Shown here in pieces: positions 30,998 through 42,034 of a stretch of 64,000 nt of DNA (positions are counted from its first letter, which is position 1; each line of letters starts with the position of its first letter). Both the position numbers and the translations under genes were made by a program. The stretch comes from an uncultured Verrucomicrobiae bacterium (GTDB lineage Bacteria > Verrucomicrobiota > Verrucomicrobiia > Chthoniobacterales > JAFAMB01). The stretch is from contig CAWEXO010000014.1 of NCBI GenBank assembly GCA_963813025.1, positions 384,001 to 448,000 on the forward strand. The letters are read 5' to 3'. The notes beneath the pieces are model-generated. The model was not told where the DNA came from, did not search any database, and worked only from the letters and a program-made list of their open reading frames with translations.

Positions 30998-31807
30998 TTA
31001 CACCCGGGCCGGGCTGGTCACCCCGATGAACTCGCGCGGGGTTCCGGCGCGGCCGCCCAGAGCTGCGGCCAAGGCGCCGAGGATTAAGGCCAGGGTAGCG
31101 GCCAAAGCGACTTTGGCGGCACTTTTACGCGTAGCGTCGGCGACTTTCTGAGCTTGGGCTTTGGCTTGCTCACCCAATTGCTGAGCCTTGGCTTGCGCCT
31201 GTTGGAAGGTTCGCTGATAGCCGGCTACGATCTGTTCGGCTTCCGGGCGACTCTTGCCTGTGCGATTCATGATCACGTTGACCAAGGCATCGCGGTCGAC
31301 TGCGTTAGCCACGTCGCCGTTCTGGGCGAAGGCGCGGTTGACAATGCCTTTGACATCCTGGTTGGGATCTTGGGCTGCGTTCTCGGCCTGAGTGACCGCA
31401 CCTGCCGAACGGTTCTGTAGGTTTTCAGGCTGCAACTGAGGCGTGCCGGTCTGGCGCAGAAGTTGGTCTACTTGTCCCTGAATGTTGGATAAGTCCACGC
31501 CACCTTCCTGCAGTTTCTGTTTAGCAGCATCAACCAGTCCGGGTTCAGCATGTGCCGCACCTTGGCCCGCGGCGCTTACCACCGAGGAGACCAGGCCGAG
31601 CAAGCTGAAAGCCAGCTGAATGACCAGCGCCATCACCACCCCGGCCAGGATTGCGCCCCAGGAAATGCGCTTAACAAAAGTTTCAGGTGCGGCAATGGCG
31701 TCCGTTGTGCCCAAGGGTCGGCCGCCGTCGCTTCGATAGGGTCGGGGTACAGTGGCCGTTTCCAGCGGTCCGTCGGCAGTGCGGCGAAGATTGTCGTTTG
31801 TGTCCAT
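30998..31807 (-). CDS. Hypothetical membrane protein (RISWGAILAG type), possibly internally deleted
   Basis: N- and C-terminal TM segments with a Gln/Ala-rich soluble middle. Confidence 0.7.
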   Translation of the reverse strand: MDTNDNLRRTADGPLETATVPRPYRSDGGRPLGTTDAIAAPETFVKRISWGAILAGVVMALVIQLAFSLLGLVSSVVSAAGQGAAHAEPGLVDAAKQKLQEGGVDLSNIQGQVDQLLRQTGTPQLQPENLQNRSAGAVTQAENAAQDPNQDVKGIVNRAFAQNGDVANAVDRDALVNVIMNRTGKSRPEAEQIVAGYQRTFQQAQAKAQQLGEQAKAQAQKVADATRKSAAKVALAATLALILGALAAALGGRAGTPREFIGVTSPARV

Positions 31808-32107
31808 AAGTCTTAAGTGGATTCTCTAATTGGTCAGTCCTGACAGGCACCTGTTGGATTGGTGCAGGCCTTCCGTGCCACGAATGCCGCATGGGCATCT
31901 TTCGCTCCGATTTGGGCAAAGGCCCATACTGTTATGGTCGAGTTATGATCGCTTTCCGGTATGCTGAGCAGCCTGAGCACTTCTTCTTTGAAGTGACGAA
32001 GCTTACCGGGACAGGTCAGAAAAGACTTGATCATGCTTATCAATCGGTGCCGGTGTATTTGCACCACATTCAACGGCAGATAATATTAAGTAGGTTGCCC
32101 CGCTCGC

Positions 32108-33016
32108 ATGAAACTTCGTCACCTGGAATACTTTGTGGCCGCGGCTGAGGATCGGAATTTCACCCACGCAGCCTCCCGGCTGAACGTTTCCCAACCGCCC
32201 TTCAGCAAACAGATCCACGACTTGGAAGCCGAACTGGGGATTGAACTCTTTCAGCGTAAACAGAAGGGCGTGGCGCTCACCTTGGCCGGTCAGTCCTTCC
32301 TGATCGATGCCAAGGCCATCCTGCAAGATTGCGAGACAGCGGTGCACAAAGCCCAGCGGATCAGCCGGGGTGAAATCGGCGAATTAGCCATCGGTTGCCT
32401 GCCGCCCTTAACCCACGGTTTTTTGGGGCGCGCTCTTGAGCTCTGGAGGCGCACGGCCAAGGACATCGCCGTGGACTGCGTTGAGATGGACGGCAAGGCA
32501 CAGGAAGTGGCGCTGTTGGAAGGTCGCATCGATCTGGGTTTGCTGATGCGGGGCCACCGGCCCCTGCTGGAGTTGTTACGCGTACAGCACCTGCTGGATT
32601 ATCCTGCCATGGTGGCGCTGCCTCGAGGGCACCCTCTGGCTGAGCGTTTGGCAGTTCCTCTGGCTCTGCTGCACTCAGAGCCGCTGATCGGGCTCAACCG
32701 GTTGTGCCCGAGTTATAACGAATGGTTGCGAATGGCGTGTCGTCGAGAGGGTTTTGTCCCAAAGCTCGTCAAAGAAGCTCATGCCGCCTCCAGCGCCCTG
32801 GCCTTTGTGACTGCGGGCTTTGGATTAGCGGTGGTGAGTAAACCTTTCGAGCGGGAGGGCACCGATGGGGTTGTCTTTCGCGAGTTGAGCGCGAAAAAGC
32901 CCCTGCAGATGCCGGTCGGAGCCGTTTGGAAAGCGGACAGCGTGTCGGCTAGCGTCGTAGCGCGCTTTGTTGATACGTTGGTACAGGTTTGCGCGAGCGA
33001 TCAGGCGGCCGCGTAA
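32108..33016 (+). CDS. LysR-family transcriptional regulator
   Basis: MKLRHLEYFVAAAE..NFTHAA..LNVSQPPFSKQI. Confidence 0.93.
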   Translation: MKLRHLEYFVAAAEDRNFTHAASRLNVSQPPFSKQIHDLEAELGIELFQRKQKGVALTLAGQSFLIDAKAILQDCETAVHKAQRISRGEIGELAIGCLPPLTHGFLGRALELWRRTAKDIAVDCVEMDGKAQEVALLEGRIDLGLLMRGHRPLLELLRVQHLLDYPAMVALPRGHPLAERLAVPLALLHSEPLIGLNRLCPSYNEWLRMACRREGFVPKLVKEAHAASSALAFVTAGFGLAVVSKPFEREGTDGVVFRELSAKKPLQMPVGAVWKADSVSASVVARFVDTLVQVCASDQAAA

Positions 33017-33301
33017 GCTAGCAACCTTACCTTAGGCCGGCGCGACGGAAAATGGTCGAGCGGGGCGTTCTTGCCCGGCTATAGCTAAAAGATAGGGACA
33101 ACTCATCTAAAGCAGTATGGTGGGTTTTGCTCCTTTGGGTTGACTGTGAGGAATCCGCGAGAAAGCGACATCTTTCCGGCAACGGCTTAGAGCGTCATCC
33201 CGCGCGAGGCGAGCTTTTAAGAGCACGCAGTCTCACCGGTTGACGGCGGCGCCGAGTGAGAACCCTTCAACGATGGACGCCCTGAGACTTTAAGGACTCT
33301 A

Positions 33302-33589
33302 ATGAATACCCCGCGCGTGGAATTGTTGAGACTGGGACTGCGGCTGCGAAATGCGCGAACCGCACTCGGATTCAACCAACGGAGCTTTGCCGCCGTCTGC
33401 GGCCTCCATCACACCTATGTTGGAGGAGTCGAACGCGGCGAACGCAGCGTGACCTTCTCGGGGCTGTGCACCTTGTGCGTCGCCCTTGATTGCGACGTGG
33501 CTGCACTCACCGTGGGCATCCCGGATCTTTCTCCTCCCGCTTCAAACGAACACGGCCATACCGGAAAAGCAATCGTACCTCGACCTTAA
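33302..33589 (+). CDS. XRE-family HTH regulator
   Basis: LGLRLRNAR...GLHHTYVGGVERGERSVT. Confidence 0.8.
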   Translation: MNTPRVELLRLGLRLRNARTALGFNQRSFAAVCGLHHTYVGGVERGERSVTFSGLCTLCVALDCDVAALTVGIPDLSPPASNEHGHTGKAIVPRP

Positions 33590-33681
33590 GGATATGAGGG
33601 ACGAAGCCGGACGTCGACGATGCTTTGTCGTGAGATTACTGACAATCCTGTCGCGCTGAGACCCGCCGCTTCGACATCTAA

Positions 33682-33879
33682 TCATTCTATGTTTTCACGC
33701 ATTCCTTTTAAGCGAAGGTGAGTGCCGCGGATCGCGGTCGGTTCGAGGCGATCGAAACTTTCAACGGCCGTTCTTGTTGCCTCGCTCACAAATCTGGTCC
33801 CGTTTACTACATGGGAAACCGTTGAGATTGTAACTTCGGCTCCCCGTGCAACGTCCCCCATCGTAGCTGCGCCCTTCAT
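33682..33879 (-). pseudogene. LacI HTH fragment
   Basis: ATMGDVARGAEVTISTVSHVVNGTRFVSEATR, then similarity ends. Confidence 0.75.
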
Positions 33880-33972
33880 GACCGCCAATTTTCCCTGCTG
33901 AAACGGGAGAAACGGTTAGGCCCACCGCACGAGACGAGGTCCCCGGAAATCAGCAATCGTCGTTATCCGCTA

Positions 33973-34875
33973 TCACTTACTGGCAGCCGCTTCTTTCGCG
34001 CATTGCCAGAACTTTCCCGCAGCCAGACTGAGCCGGCCTTTTGGGGCAGCGATGCCAAAAGGCTACCGGCTTCGGCTCGGGAGTAAGTCGTAAGAGTTTT
34101 AGTCGGCGACCGACTGTATAGCCGAAGAAATCGGAAGCCAAGCCTACTCCGTTCCCGGTGCTTCGATGGCTGAAATTACACCTGAGATGTCATCAAGCTC
34201 TTCCACGATGCGCGGCTTCATCTTAGTTGGCGCAAAAATAGCAGTGAAGTAGTTATAATAGTCGCGAAAAGTCTCTCGGGCTAAGCGAATGAATGGCTCG
34301 CGGGCCGCCTCAGCTAACGAAACGTTTGGCTGGCGAGCCAGCCGATGGGTAGGCGCTACCGCCAGGCGAATTTGTTCCAACCTTAGAGTTTCAAAGCGCA
34401 GTCCGCGTAACTCGCCTGAGTTAGGTGGCCGCATAACAAAAGCTAACTGGAGGCGGCGATCGCGCAGACCGGCGAGGCTTTGTTGGTTAGGCCAGTCGTG
34501 TAACTTAACGTGTACCTTTGGCATCGCCTTCTGATAGGCACGCAAAATCGCCGGCATCATGCGCGCGGTGGCGATCGGCCAGTAGCCAATGTGAAGCTCG
34601 GTATCGCCTTTGTTGGCGATGGCTCGTACTTTGCGCACCGCTTCGTTCGCGTGCTCGAGGACGGCACGTGCTTCAAGGAGAAAGGCACGGCCTGCTTCGG
34701 TCAAGCTAACCGACTTGGCCGTGCGCTCGAGTAACCGCACGCCTAGCTCGTCCTCAAGGTCGCGAATCTGCCGGCTAAGCGAAGGCTGGGAAACGTGCAG
34801 CTTATGCGTAGCGGCACGCGAGATATTCTCCGTCTCGGCCACGGCGAGGAAGTAACGCAAGTGCCGCAGTTCCAT
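33973..34875 (-). pseudogene. LysR-family regulator with two frameshifts near the 3' end
   Basis: MELRHLRYF start and stop at 34144; other frames continue GNGVGLASDFFG...PEPKP and GIAAPKGRLSLAAGKFWQCAKEAAASK*. Confidence 0.8.
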
Positions 34876-35135
34876 AGTGAGTAAGTATGCCTGCCGGGCA
34901 TGCTGAGGCAAGAAACATGGTCTTTTACAAGATCGACATCTCGAACCAATCATTACCGCGTGAATGAACCCATCATGTGGAGCATGGAGGTCCCGAATCA
35001 GCGGGGCCCATGGAATAAACCTGCGGTCGCGCATTGGGACGCGCTCGGAGTTGCCGAGCTCGATTGCGCCTCTGCAGCAAACGTTTCAGTCCGCGAAAAC
35101 CTCGTTCCAAATCATCAAGAGGAGACTAAGTCAAA

Positions 35136-35670
35136 ATGATAACCGAGCATGACTCAGCCGTGACCCGAAAAGAGATTCGTGTCGGAATCATCGGGGCAAA
35201 CGCCAAAGCAAACTGGGCGAAGCTGTCTCACGTTCCGGCAATCAACGGTCTCCCCGGCTTGAAGCTCGCGGCTGTGGCAACGCGCAACGAGGAGAGTGCG
35301 CGGGAAGCGGCTGAAGCCTTCGGTGCCGATCGCTGGTTTTCCGATCCCTTCGCGATGATCCGCGATGACCTGATTGATGTCATAACGATCTCCATCAAGG
35401 TGCCCGCACACCGCGAACTCGTTCTGGCGGCGGTGGATGCTGGCAAAGCGGTCTACTGCGAGGCGCCTCTCGGACGCAGCGTCGCGGAGACTGAAGAGAT
35501 GGCGAGTGCGGTAGGTGCACTTTATACCGCGATCGGATTGCAGGGTCGTTTGAATCCAGCCGTGCGCCGCGCGGCCCAGTTGCTTTCTTCCGGAAAAATT
35601 GGACGACCACTAAACGCGAGAATTGTCAGCACCACCATCGGCTACGGACCGGAATTGCCGAGCATCATGA
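35136..35670 (+). pseudogene. Gfo/Idh/MocA oxidoreductase, C-terminally truncated
   Basis: IRVGIIGA, AGKAVYCEAPLG; family-like sequence stops after about residue 178. Confidence 0.75.
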
Positions 35671-35938
35671 GGCCCAAAATGCTTTTGCCATTGACCTCTG
35701 TGCCGTCAACACCCAGGCTCTCATTGTGGCCTTGGGCCGCGAAGCCCTTTCAGAGAACGCCGAGTGGCTCATCACTCACCGCGCGCGGCCACTCGAGCCG
35801 ATCAGAGTTTGAGAAAACAGAGTACCAGAAATTCTTTGCAAAAAAAGCACCAGAATTCTTCGGCTTAGCCGGGGAATTCTGCTGCCATGGCCTGCGTTAA
35901 TAACGAATCGTTGGCGATTTGTGATTAATGCAGGCTGG

Positions 35939-36085
35939 CTAAGGCGAGGCTAAGTGCAGCCAGTTCGTATCTGCCTTTTCAATGTTGCTGTGAATATTGC
36001 TCTTAAACGCTTTCAGCGAACCCTCATTGCCGCAGAGGTAAAGCCTGTCCTTATAGACAGTAAACGCGTCCGGCGCACAGCCGGT
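35939..36085 (-). pseudogene. YHS-domain protein C-terminal fragment
   Basis: PDAFTVYKDRLYL...NIEKADTNW. Confidence 0.6.
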
Positions 36086-36321
36086 TTCAGCGCTGAGTGT
36101 CTTGGTTCTGTGGTTCGGTGAGAAGCGCCCGGTCAACCGCGGCAAGCGCCAGTCAGAATTCGCACAGTGTTGCGCCTCATGCTTTGCGGGCAAAATGTAA
36201 CGAAGTGAGTTGGGCAGGTCGCGCTCACTTTTATGGTTAGGGCGTAAAATATATGCATCTAGCGGATTACCTAACCGCAGCAGTTCTCCTATAGAGACCA
36301 ACGATTGAGCACGCCTGTTGC

Positions 36322-36385
36322 GTGCCAGTCATCGTTGTGGACAGCCGCGAGCAGACACGCTTGTGTTTAACCGCTTGCCGGTTCG
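36322..36385 (+). pseudogene. Possible ERCC4-domain nuclease N-terminal fragment
   Basis: PVIVVDSREQ motif only. Confidence 0.4.
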
Positions 36386-36409
36386 TTAGTGTTCACCCCG
36401 ACTTCACAG

Positions 36410-36618
36410 CCGGTGCCGCTCAACGACCTTTCGGCCTGGTGGCGTTGGGTTCCTGGCGCCTGCTGGCGTCACCCTGGAAGGCCCCGGTAGCAACACCATC
36501 GATCGGGAGACTCGTCCCGTGGTCAGGTTTCCTGGGATGACGCGGTGGCGTACGCCAAATGGGCTGGGAAACGGCTCCCGACTGAGGCGGAGTGGGAGTG
36601 CGCTGCACGCGGCGGCCA
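36410..36618 (+). pseudogene. Formylglycine-generating enzyme (SUMF1) fragment
   Basis: WWRWVPGACWRHP and [30 protein letters not shown] across frameshifts. Confidence 0.8.
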
Positions 36619-36627
36619 TAGAAGGTG

Positions 36628-36860
36628 CCACCCGAACGCCATTCTGCAGGAGTCAAGCCGGCATAGGCAGCCAACTGCCGGGCTGATTGGAATTCTTTCC
36701 CAGCTAACTCGGCCAACAACTTGGCGGCGGTGAGCTCGGCAATGCGGGAATAGAGCAAAGCAGCTTGCTCTGGCGGCTTAAAGACTGATCAGAGTCGATG
36801 AGGCCGAAGATGGCAGTCTCCAATTGGCTGACTTCGCTTTTGAGCTGTGCTAGGCGCCTT
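36628..36860 (-). mobile_element. IS110-family transposase fragment (degenerate)
   Basis: KLLCSIP, then [34 protein letters not shown] after a frameshift. Confidence 0.8.
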
Positions 36861-37219
36861 TGGCGTTGCTTGGGCGCGTACCTTTCGGACACAGCCTTGT
36901 CAACTCGGGCTCTAGTGTTCCAACCCTGTTTGGAACGGCCTATGATACGGTTCGGTCTCTTGAAAGGTGCGGCACGAGGAAGGGGGGCTAATCTACCGAA
37001 CAGGTTCTACCGACCTTTGGGCGAAGCAGTTTCCCCACCTTCCTCGGCCAAGTTCTTCACCTCTAGGGTTCCGCCCTTTCGGGCGGCTTTAAAAGGATAA
37101 AGTGTTGGTGGAGGCAAGGTACAAGGGCGAGCCGCATTTTGACGTCTTTCAGCCACAGCAAGGCGTAATTTAACTGGCTGCAAATTTCTTAACAACCAAG
37201 CTGTTAACCCCAAAGAGTA

Positions 37220-37465
37220 ATGAAAATACGATCAAGGACAATGGAAGTCCTCAAAGCCGTGCGTTGGTGGTGGGCGGCCGCCTTTGCACTAATGCTAGCC
37301 GCCACACCGAATGCCCTCTATTCGCAACAGAAAGCAGAGCAATCGAAGAAACCTAACATCGTCGTCATCTGGGGTGACGACATTGGCTATTGGAACCTCG
37401 GCATCTACACACACGGCATGATGGGGTCGCACACCCAACATAGACAGCATTGGCCGTGAAGGGAT
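37220..37465 (+). pseudogene. Arylsulfatase N-terminal fragment
   Basis: Signal peptide, [13 protein letters not shown], then [11 protein letters not shown] in a shifted frame. Confidence 0.8.
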
Positions 37466-37675
37466 CCTCCCAAAGGACTAGTGGAGTTATACCAAAGAAA
37501 TATTAAATACTCATTGACTTCCAGTAAGGGATGGGCGTGTAAATGTGTTTGTCGGTTCCAGCGACCTTTGATTAAGGGCGTTGTTCCTTCTGTCCCCAGC
37601 GACACGGATGTTACTGGCGACGTGAGAAATCCCGCAGCAGGTCGTTAGGCGACGAGTCTTAAACCGGAGGAAACA

Positions 37676-38141
37676 ATGAAAGTTCGCTTATTTCTTACCC
37701 TGGCAGGGGTAGCAATCAGCTTTGCTGTGCCTGCCTTAATGGCGCAGGATGCCATGAAAACCGTAATGGCTGGTGAGGTGGTTTGGAAAGATGACTCGCT
37801 GTTCAAGGGGCTGCAAATCGCCAACTTGCTCGGTGATCCAGCGAAAGCCGAGACAGTCGTTATGCGCGTGAAGTTCCCTCCCAATTTTAAAATTCCGCTG
37901 CACACGCATCCTGTCTCGGAAGTCATCACTGTACTTAGCGGGACTTTTTGGGACGCGATGGGTGACGATACGGATAAAAGGTGTGATGCTAAAGCCGGGA
38001 TCACTTTTGGTGCTTCCTCCAAATCACATTCATCGTGTCTGGACAACCGACGAGGAGACGATCATCCAGCTTAGCTTCACTGGGCCGTTTGATATTACCT
38101 TCATTAATCCGGCTGACGATCCGCGAAAGAAAACCGAATAA
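37676..38141 (+). pseudogene. Secreted cupin-domain protein, frameshifted
   Basis: IPLHTHPVSEVITVLSG; C-terminus VWTTDEETIIQLSFTGPFDITFINPADDPRKK lies in another frame. Confidence 0.75.
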
Positions 38142-38308
38142 CATCGAGCAAATCGACCAAGGCAGGGCACCCTCTCCTCGCCTGTCCGCCATTCCGCATC
38201 CTGCCATCATACTTAATAGCTGGTGTCCGCGAATCCAAGTCCCCGTTGCCAGAATTGATCCGTGTGGCAATATTTACGAACATTCCCTATACATAGGAGG
38301 TACGCGAG

Positions 38309-38599
38309 GTGGCAATCGTTCGTCATTCATCCTTCTCATGGACTTCGTCTGGTCCCGGACACGAGATGGCACCAGGGGAGATTCATTATTATTCATTTGA
38401 GAACTTGACGGACCAAGAGGCCGTTAGCATCGGTGTACATCCCCAGGTGACGGGATTCCCACGATGCGTTCTTGTTGTGGAAAACGTGCAGGGTGTGACC
38501 GGGTTCGGGGAGTTTAGGAATACCGAATTTCGGGTGAGGAACGCTGGGTATAACTCTGTCTGGAGTTATTCCGTCGGCATTGGCATAATCTCAGCGTAA
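38309..38599 (+). CDS. Hypothetical protein
   Basis: 96-aa ORF with AGGAGG upstream of the GTG start. Confidence 0.6.
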   Translation: MAIVRHSSFSWTSSGPGHEMAPGEIHYYSFENLTDQEAVSIGVHPQVTGFPRCVLVVENVQGVTGFGEFRNTEFRVRNAGYNSVWSYSVGIGIISA

Positions 38600-38609
38600 A
38601 GGAGCTTTT

Positions 38610-38846
38610 ATGGTTGTCTATGCGCATCACGATTTTCACGGGAATATCCACTCACTCGTGGTCGTGAACGCGCCTGAAGGAGCAGGCGTGAGGCCCGCGC
38701 CACAACCCGGCCAATTCGTGGCGGAGGTGGAGGGTCTCGAACTAACACCCGACAAAGTCAACTTCGACACGTTGCGTGAAATCGCTGCGAGTCACGTGGT
38801 CAAGACGCCGCTCCCGCGCTGCAAGCTGGTTAAGAAGCAACAGTAG
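38610..38846 (+). CDS. Hypothetical protein
   Basis: 78-aa ORF with AAGGAG upstream, 10 bp after the previous stop. Confidence 0.6.
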   Translation: MVVYAHHDFHGNIHSLVVVNAPEGAGVRPAPQPGQFVAEVEGLELTPDKVNFDTLREIAASHVVKTPLPRCKLVKKQQ

Positions 38847-38879
38847 CGTCGCGCGGGGTCGATTTGCCGCCATCTCCCT

Positions 38880-39250
38880 GCAGCACCGTTCAGCAGTAAC
38901 CTTTAAATCCAGTCCGGGGATTGAAAGCGATAAAGTCTGTCCTTTGCTGGTTCGTGAGAGGACAAGAGACGGACAATCGCCTTCGGTTGGGTGACGCACG
39001 GTTCCTTTCGGAAGCATGAAGACCAAGGCATCAAATGGGAACGGAATCGCTTCGAAGACCATCGGGTAGCTCCGTCCGGAGCGCGGCAGCCAGGAGTTCC
39101 GGGGAAACATAGTAGGTCGGCACGTGGTAGCGCAGGAGCAGCGCCGCTTGGCCATGAACTGCCGCAAGCGCCGGATTCGGCCTGGTCTGGTGTTCGCGAA
39201 TGCTGACGTAGTTCTGCATCGCGGCGTTCACTGACGAGACCGCTAGCACT
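38880..39250 (-). pseudogene. Frameshifted fragment of an unknown protein
   Basis: PTYYVSPELLAAALRTELP continues as MVFEAIPFPFDALVFMLPKG in another frame. Confidence 0.4.
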
Positions 39251-39512
39251 TTCTGAGGCCAGTCGTCGGCCGGCGCATTGATGTGCCGCGGTGTTAGCGC
39301 ACGCAGCCATCTGGATGCTCCTTCTCCAGGTAAGCGCGGACCTTGTTATAGTTTTGTAAGCGAGTGCCCACTGCGGTAGTGTATCCCCAAAACGGCTCGC
39401 GAAAACAGCCTCTCGCGAATGGGTTCGACCCCGCCGGTTTAGGTTCGCCTCGTTGTCCGTTGAACGAAAGGCAGGGGCCGTTGCCAGAAGTTCGCTGATA
39501 GAAATATGGCCT

Positions 39513-39750
39513 ATGAAACCGTTTGTGCCTCCCTTCAGAAAAAGCGTTGTTCGAATGTTCGGCTTTACCCTTTTAGCTTCCCTGCTTACCCTGCCGCTTT
39601 TGGCGCGGGCATCACCGTTCGACTTACCGGCGAACCGGATGGTGAAGGGGCACGTTACCGCAGGGCGCTTGCCGAAGAATGGGCCCAGAAAACCGGAAAC
39701 AAGGTTGAATATTATTCGCGTCCTGGCGACGCGTCCGCGGCGCTGCAGTG
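39513..39750 (+). pseudogene. ABC transporter substrate-binding protein N-terminal fragment
   Basis: Signal-peptide-like frame, then LAEEWAQKTGNKVEYYSRP in a shifted frame. Confidence 0.55.
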
Positions 39751-40070
39751 GTGGCGGGAAGACAGCCCGGGAACGCGCTCAGTTCGCCAGAAATTCCGAG
39801 TATAGGGTGGATAAGAGTGGGCTTGCCCCGATTTTCGCTGACAGAGTTTTTGGGTGATCCTTGGGTTTAGTTTTTCGCTAGAAGTCAGTTTGGCCATGGG
39901 AAGAGATGAACGCAGCGCTTCGCCCATTCTTCACTGCGCTCGGCCTATGGCACTTATGGTGTAGTCCGCTGAGATTTGATGAGAAATCGAGAGACCTGTT
40001 ATCAGTCTGGTATCATTTTCTCGGTTTTAGCCGACCAAACCACATCTAAATCATTCAAAATCAGCACAAC

Positions 40071-40421
40071 TGGAGGCGAGGGGAGTCGAACCCCTGTCCT
40101 CAAGACCGTCAAACCAAACCTCTACATGCTTAGCTGACCTTTAAAGGAGCGGATCGAATGGGTCAGCGCATCATGACCCGCTCTTGCATCCACGGGATTT
40201 TTCTCGTCCTCCGGCGCGGTTGCCCCGCCTTCAGACCAGCCTGCTGTCGTCGTCTCCGGCTTTAGCAGGCGTCCAGCCGGAAACGTCACGGTTCAATTAA
40301 GCCGCGAGAGCCAATTCTTCGTTGGCGATTATTTTTTTGACTCGGTTTTTAACGAGGCCAACGAGTCATCCTCGACATGCCGTCTGATTATCAAACCTCA
40401 AGTCGAAACCAGTACGCCCCC
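40071..40421 (-). ncRNA. ssrA: tmRNA, tag peptide (A)ANEELALAA
   Basis: 5' GGGGGCGTACTGGTTTCGAC pairs with 3' GGTTCGACTCCCCTCGCCTCCA (G-U in the acceptor stem); internal GCC AAC GAA GAA TTG GCT CTC GCG GCT TAA; 351 nt. Confidence 0.96.
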
Positions 40422-40656
40422 TTTTCCGGGAAACTAGTGCGGCGCCGCTGAAAAAGCAACGAATTGACCGAGCCGCAGGGGTGCCTTTGGGCGGCTGTCC
40501 GCCGGCGCCTTGAGACAGCGCGGAGAACGGCTCGAGCGGTCTTGGGGTAAAGCGCACGGCCTGGTGCGCCTCCGAGAGTACCGACGAGGCCCGGCGCTAC
40601 TGCTCGAGCCGCTCCCCTTGCGTTGTTCTTTGGCGTCATTCGTAGTTAATTGTTCC

Positions 40657-41103
40657 ATGCGGATTTCTCGAAAAGCCGAATATGCCTTGCGCGCACTGCT
40701 GCTTATGGCAAAAGACTCCCCCAGCAAAGTTCACCAGATCCAGGAGGTTTCCGAACGGGGCAATATCCCGGTAAAATTCCTCGAACAGATACTCTTGGTG
40801 TTGCGCAACGACGGACTGCTCAGCAGCAAGCGAGGTGTTGGCGGAGGGTACACCCTCCGAAAAAGCCCCTCAGAGCTGACGGTCTTGCAGATCATTGAGC
40901 TGCTTGACGGGCCGATTGCGCCGTTACCTTGCGCGCAAAGTACGCGAACGGAGGCATGCGGTTGCCCGGACCCGGTATTCTGTCCCCTGCGACCGCTCAT
41001 GCGCTCGGCCAGGGATCAGATCAGAGAGCTCTTCGGCTCAAAGACCATTCAGGATCTCTTGGAAGAAGCCCGGGGACGGCACGTATTGGCCTTTGAAATC
41101 TAG
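40657..41103 (+). CDS. Rrf2-family transcriptional regulator
   Basis: KAEYALRAL, FLEQIL, SKRGVGGGY and a Cys cluster. Confidence 0.92.
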   Translation: MRISRKAEYALRALLLMAKDSPSKVHQIQEVSERGNIPVKFLEQILLVLRNDGLLSSKRGVGGGYTLRKSPSELTVLQIIELLDGPIAPLPCAQSTRTEACGCPDPVFCPLRPLMRSARDQIRELFGSKTIQDLLEEARGRHVLAFEI

Positions 41104-41966
41104 GCAGGCTGCATTGCTTCTAGCTGTAAAAAAAGCGCACTGTGATCCAGATCACCCTTTCCCGCGAGCGCCATGTCCGAGTACATCGTCCGCACTTGCT
41201 CCGTTAACGGAAGTCGCAGGTTCAATCTGCGGGCGACGTCAATCACTGCCTCAAGATCTTTCAGCTGGTTTTTGACCGCGCCACCGGGAACGAAATCACG
41301 GTCGATCATCCGCCGGCCGTGCTCCTGCAAGATCCGGCTTTCACAGAAGCCCGTAGCGATGGCTTCGCGTACTTTTGCCGGATCAGCGCCTCCCCGTTCC
41401 GCCAGGACCAAACCCTCGGCTACCGCGCCGATAGTGACCGCCACGATCGCCTGGTTCACGAGCTTGCAGAGCTGTCCGCTGCCCGGCGGCCCGACGTGCG
41501 TCAAGGTGCCAAGCGGTGCGAGCACTGGTGCGGCCCGAGCGATATCTTCCGCGTCCCCGCCGGCCATGATGGCCAGTTTCCCTTCTGTCGCACCGCGTGT
41601 GCCGCCGGAAACGGGAGCGTCGATCGGGCTGAGCCCACGGGAGCGCAGCAATCGCGCATGATCCACGGCGATCGCCGGATGAATCGAACTCATATCGATC
41701 ACCAGGGTGCCTGACGAACAAGCATCCGCGACCCCGCGCACAAATAAAATTTCGGAGACAGCCGCACCGTTCTCGACCATCAAGATAACCGCTTCCTTCC
41801 CGGAGACAGCTTCAGCCACATCGGGGGCGAGGCGAGCGCCCGCTTCACTCAGGCTGTTCGTCTTGATGACTGTTCGGTTCCAAACCGTCAGCTCAAATCC
41901 AGCCCGAAGGAGGTTGGCTGCCATCGGATTGCCCATGAGTCCGGTACCGAGGAATGCGACTCTCAT
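41100..41966 (-). CDS. Beta-hydroxyacid dehydrogenase (2-hydroxy-3-oxopropionate reductase-like)
   Basis: FLGTGLMG, DMSS, DAPVSGG, KLVNQ, KDL. Confidence 0.9.
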   Translation of the reverse strand: MRVAFLGTGLMGNPMAANLLRAGFELTVWNRTVIKTNSLSEAGARLAPDVAEAVSGKEAVILMVENGAAVSEILFVRGVADACSSGTLVIDMSSIHPAIAVDHARLLRSRGLSPIDAPVSGGTRGATEGKLAIMAGGDAEDIARAAPVLAPLGTLTHVGPPGSGQLCKLVNQAIVAVTIGAVAEGLVLAERGGADPAKVREAIATGFCESRILQEHGRRMIDRDFVPGGAVKNQLKDLEAVIDVARRLNLRLPLTEQVRTMYSDMALAGKGDLDHSALFLQLEAMQPA

Positions 41967-42034
41967 TGCAGCAGCTAATCTCACAGCCGTTGCGGATCGG
42001 GTGCAACTGGGGAAATAAGTCGCACCGGGTCCTT

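Noticed and set aside
36628..36860. Second active IS110
   Set aside because: Short frameshifted fragment with no DEDD domain or ends
27385..40070. att duplication of the ssrA 3' end
   Set aside because: By eye I found only short TGGAGGCG matches inside LysR genes, so the left island boundary is not defined
40071..40110. tRNA gene
   Set aside because: The T-arm and acceptor end belong to tmRNA; the 5' strand is 350 nt away and a tag ORF lies between
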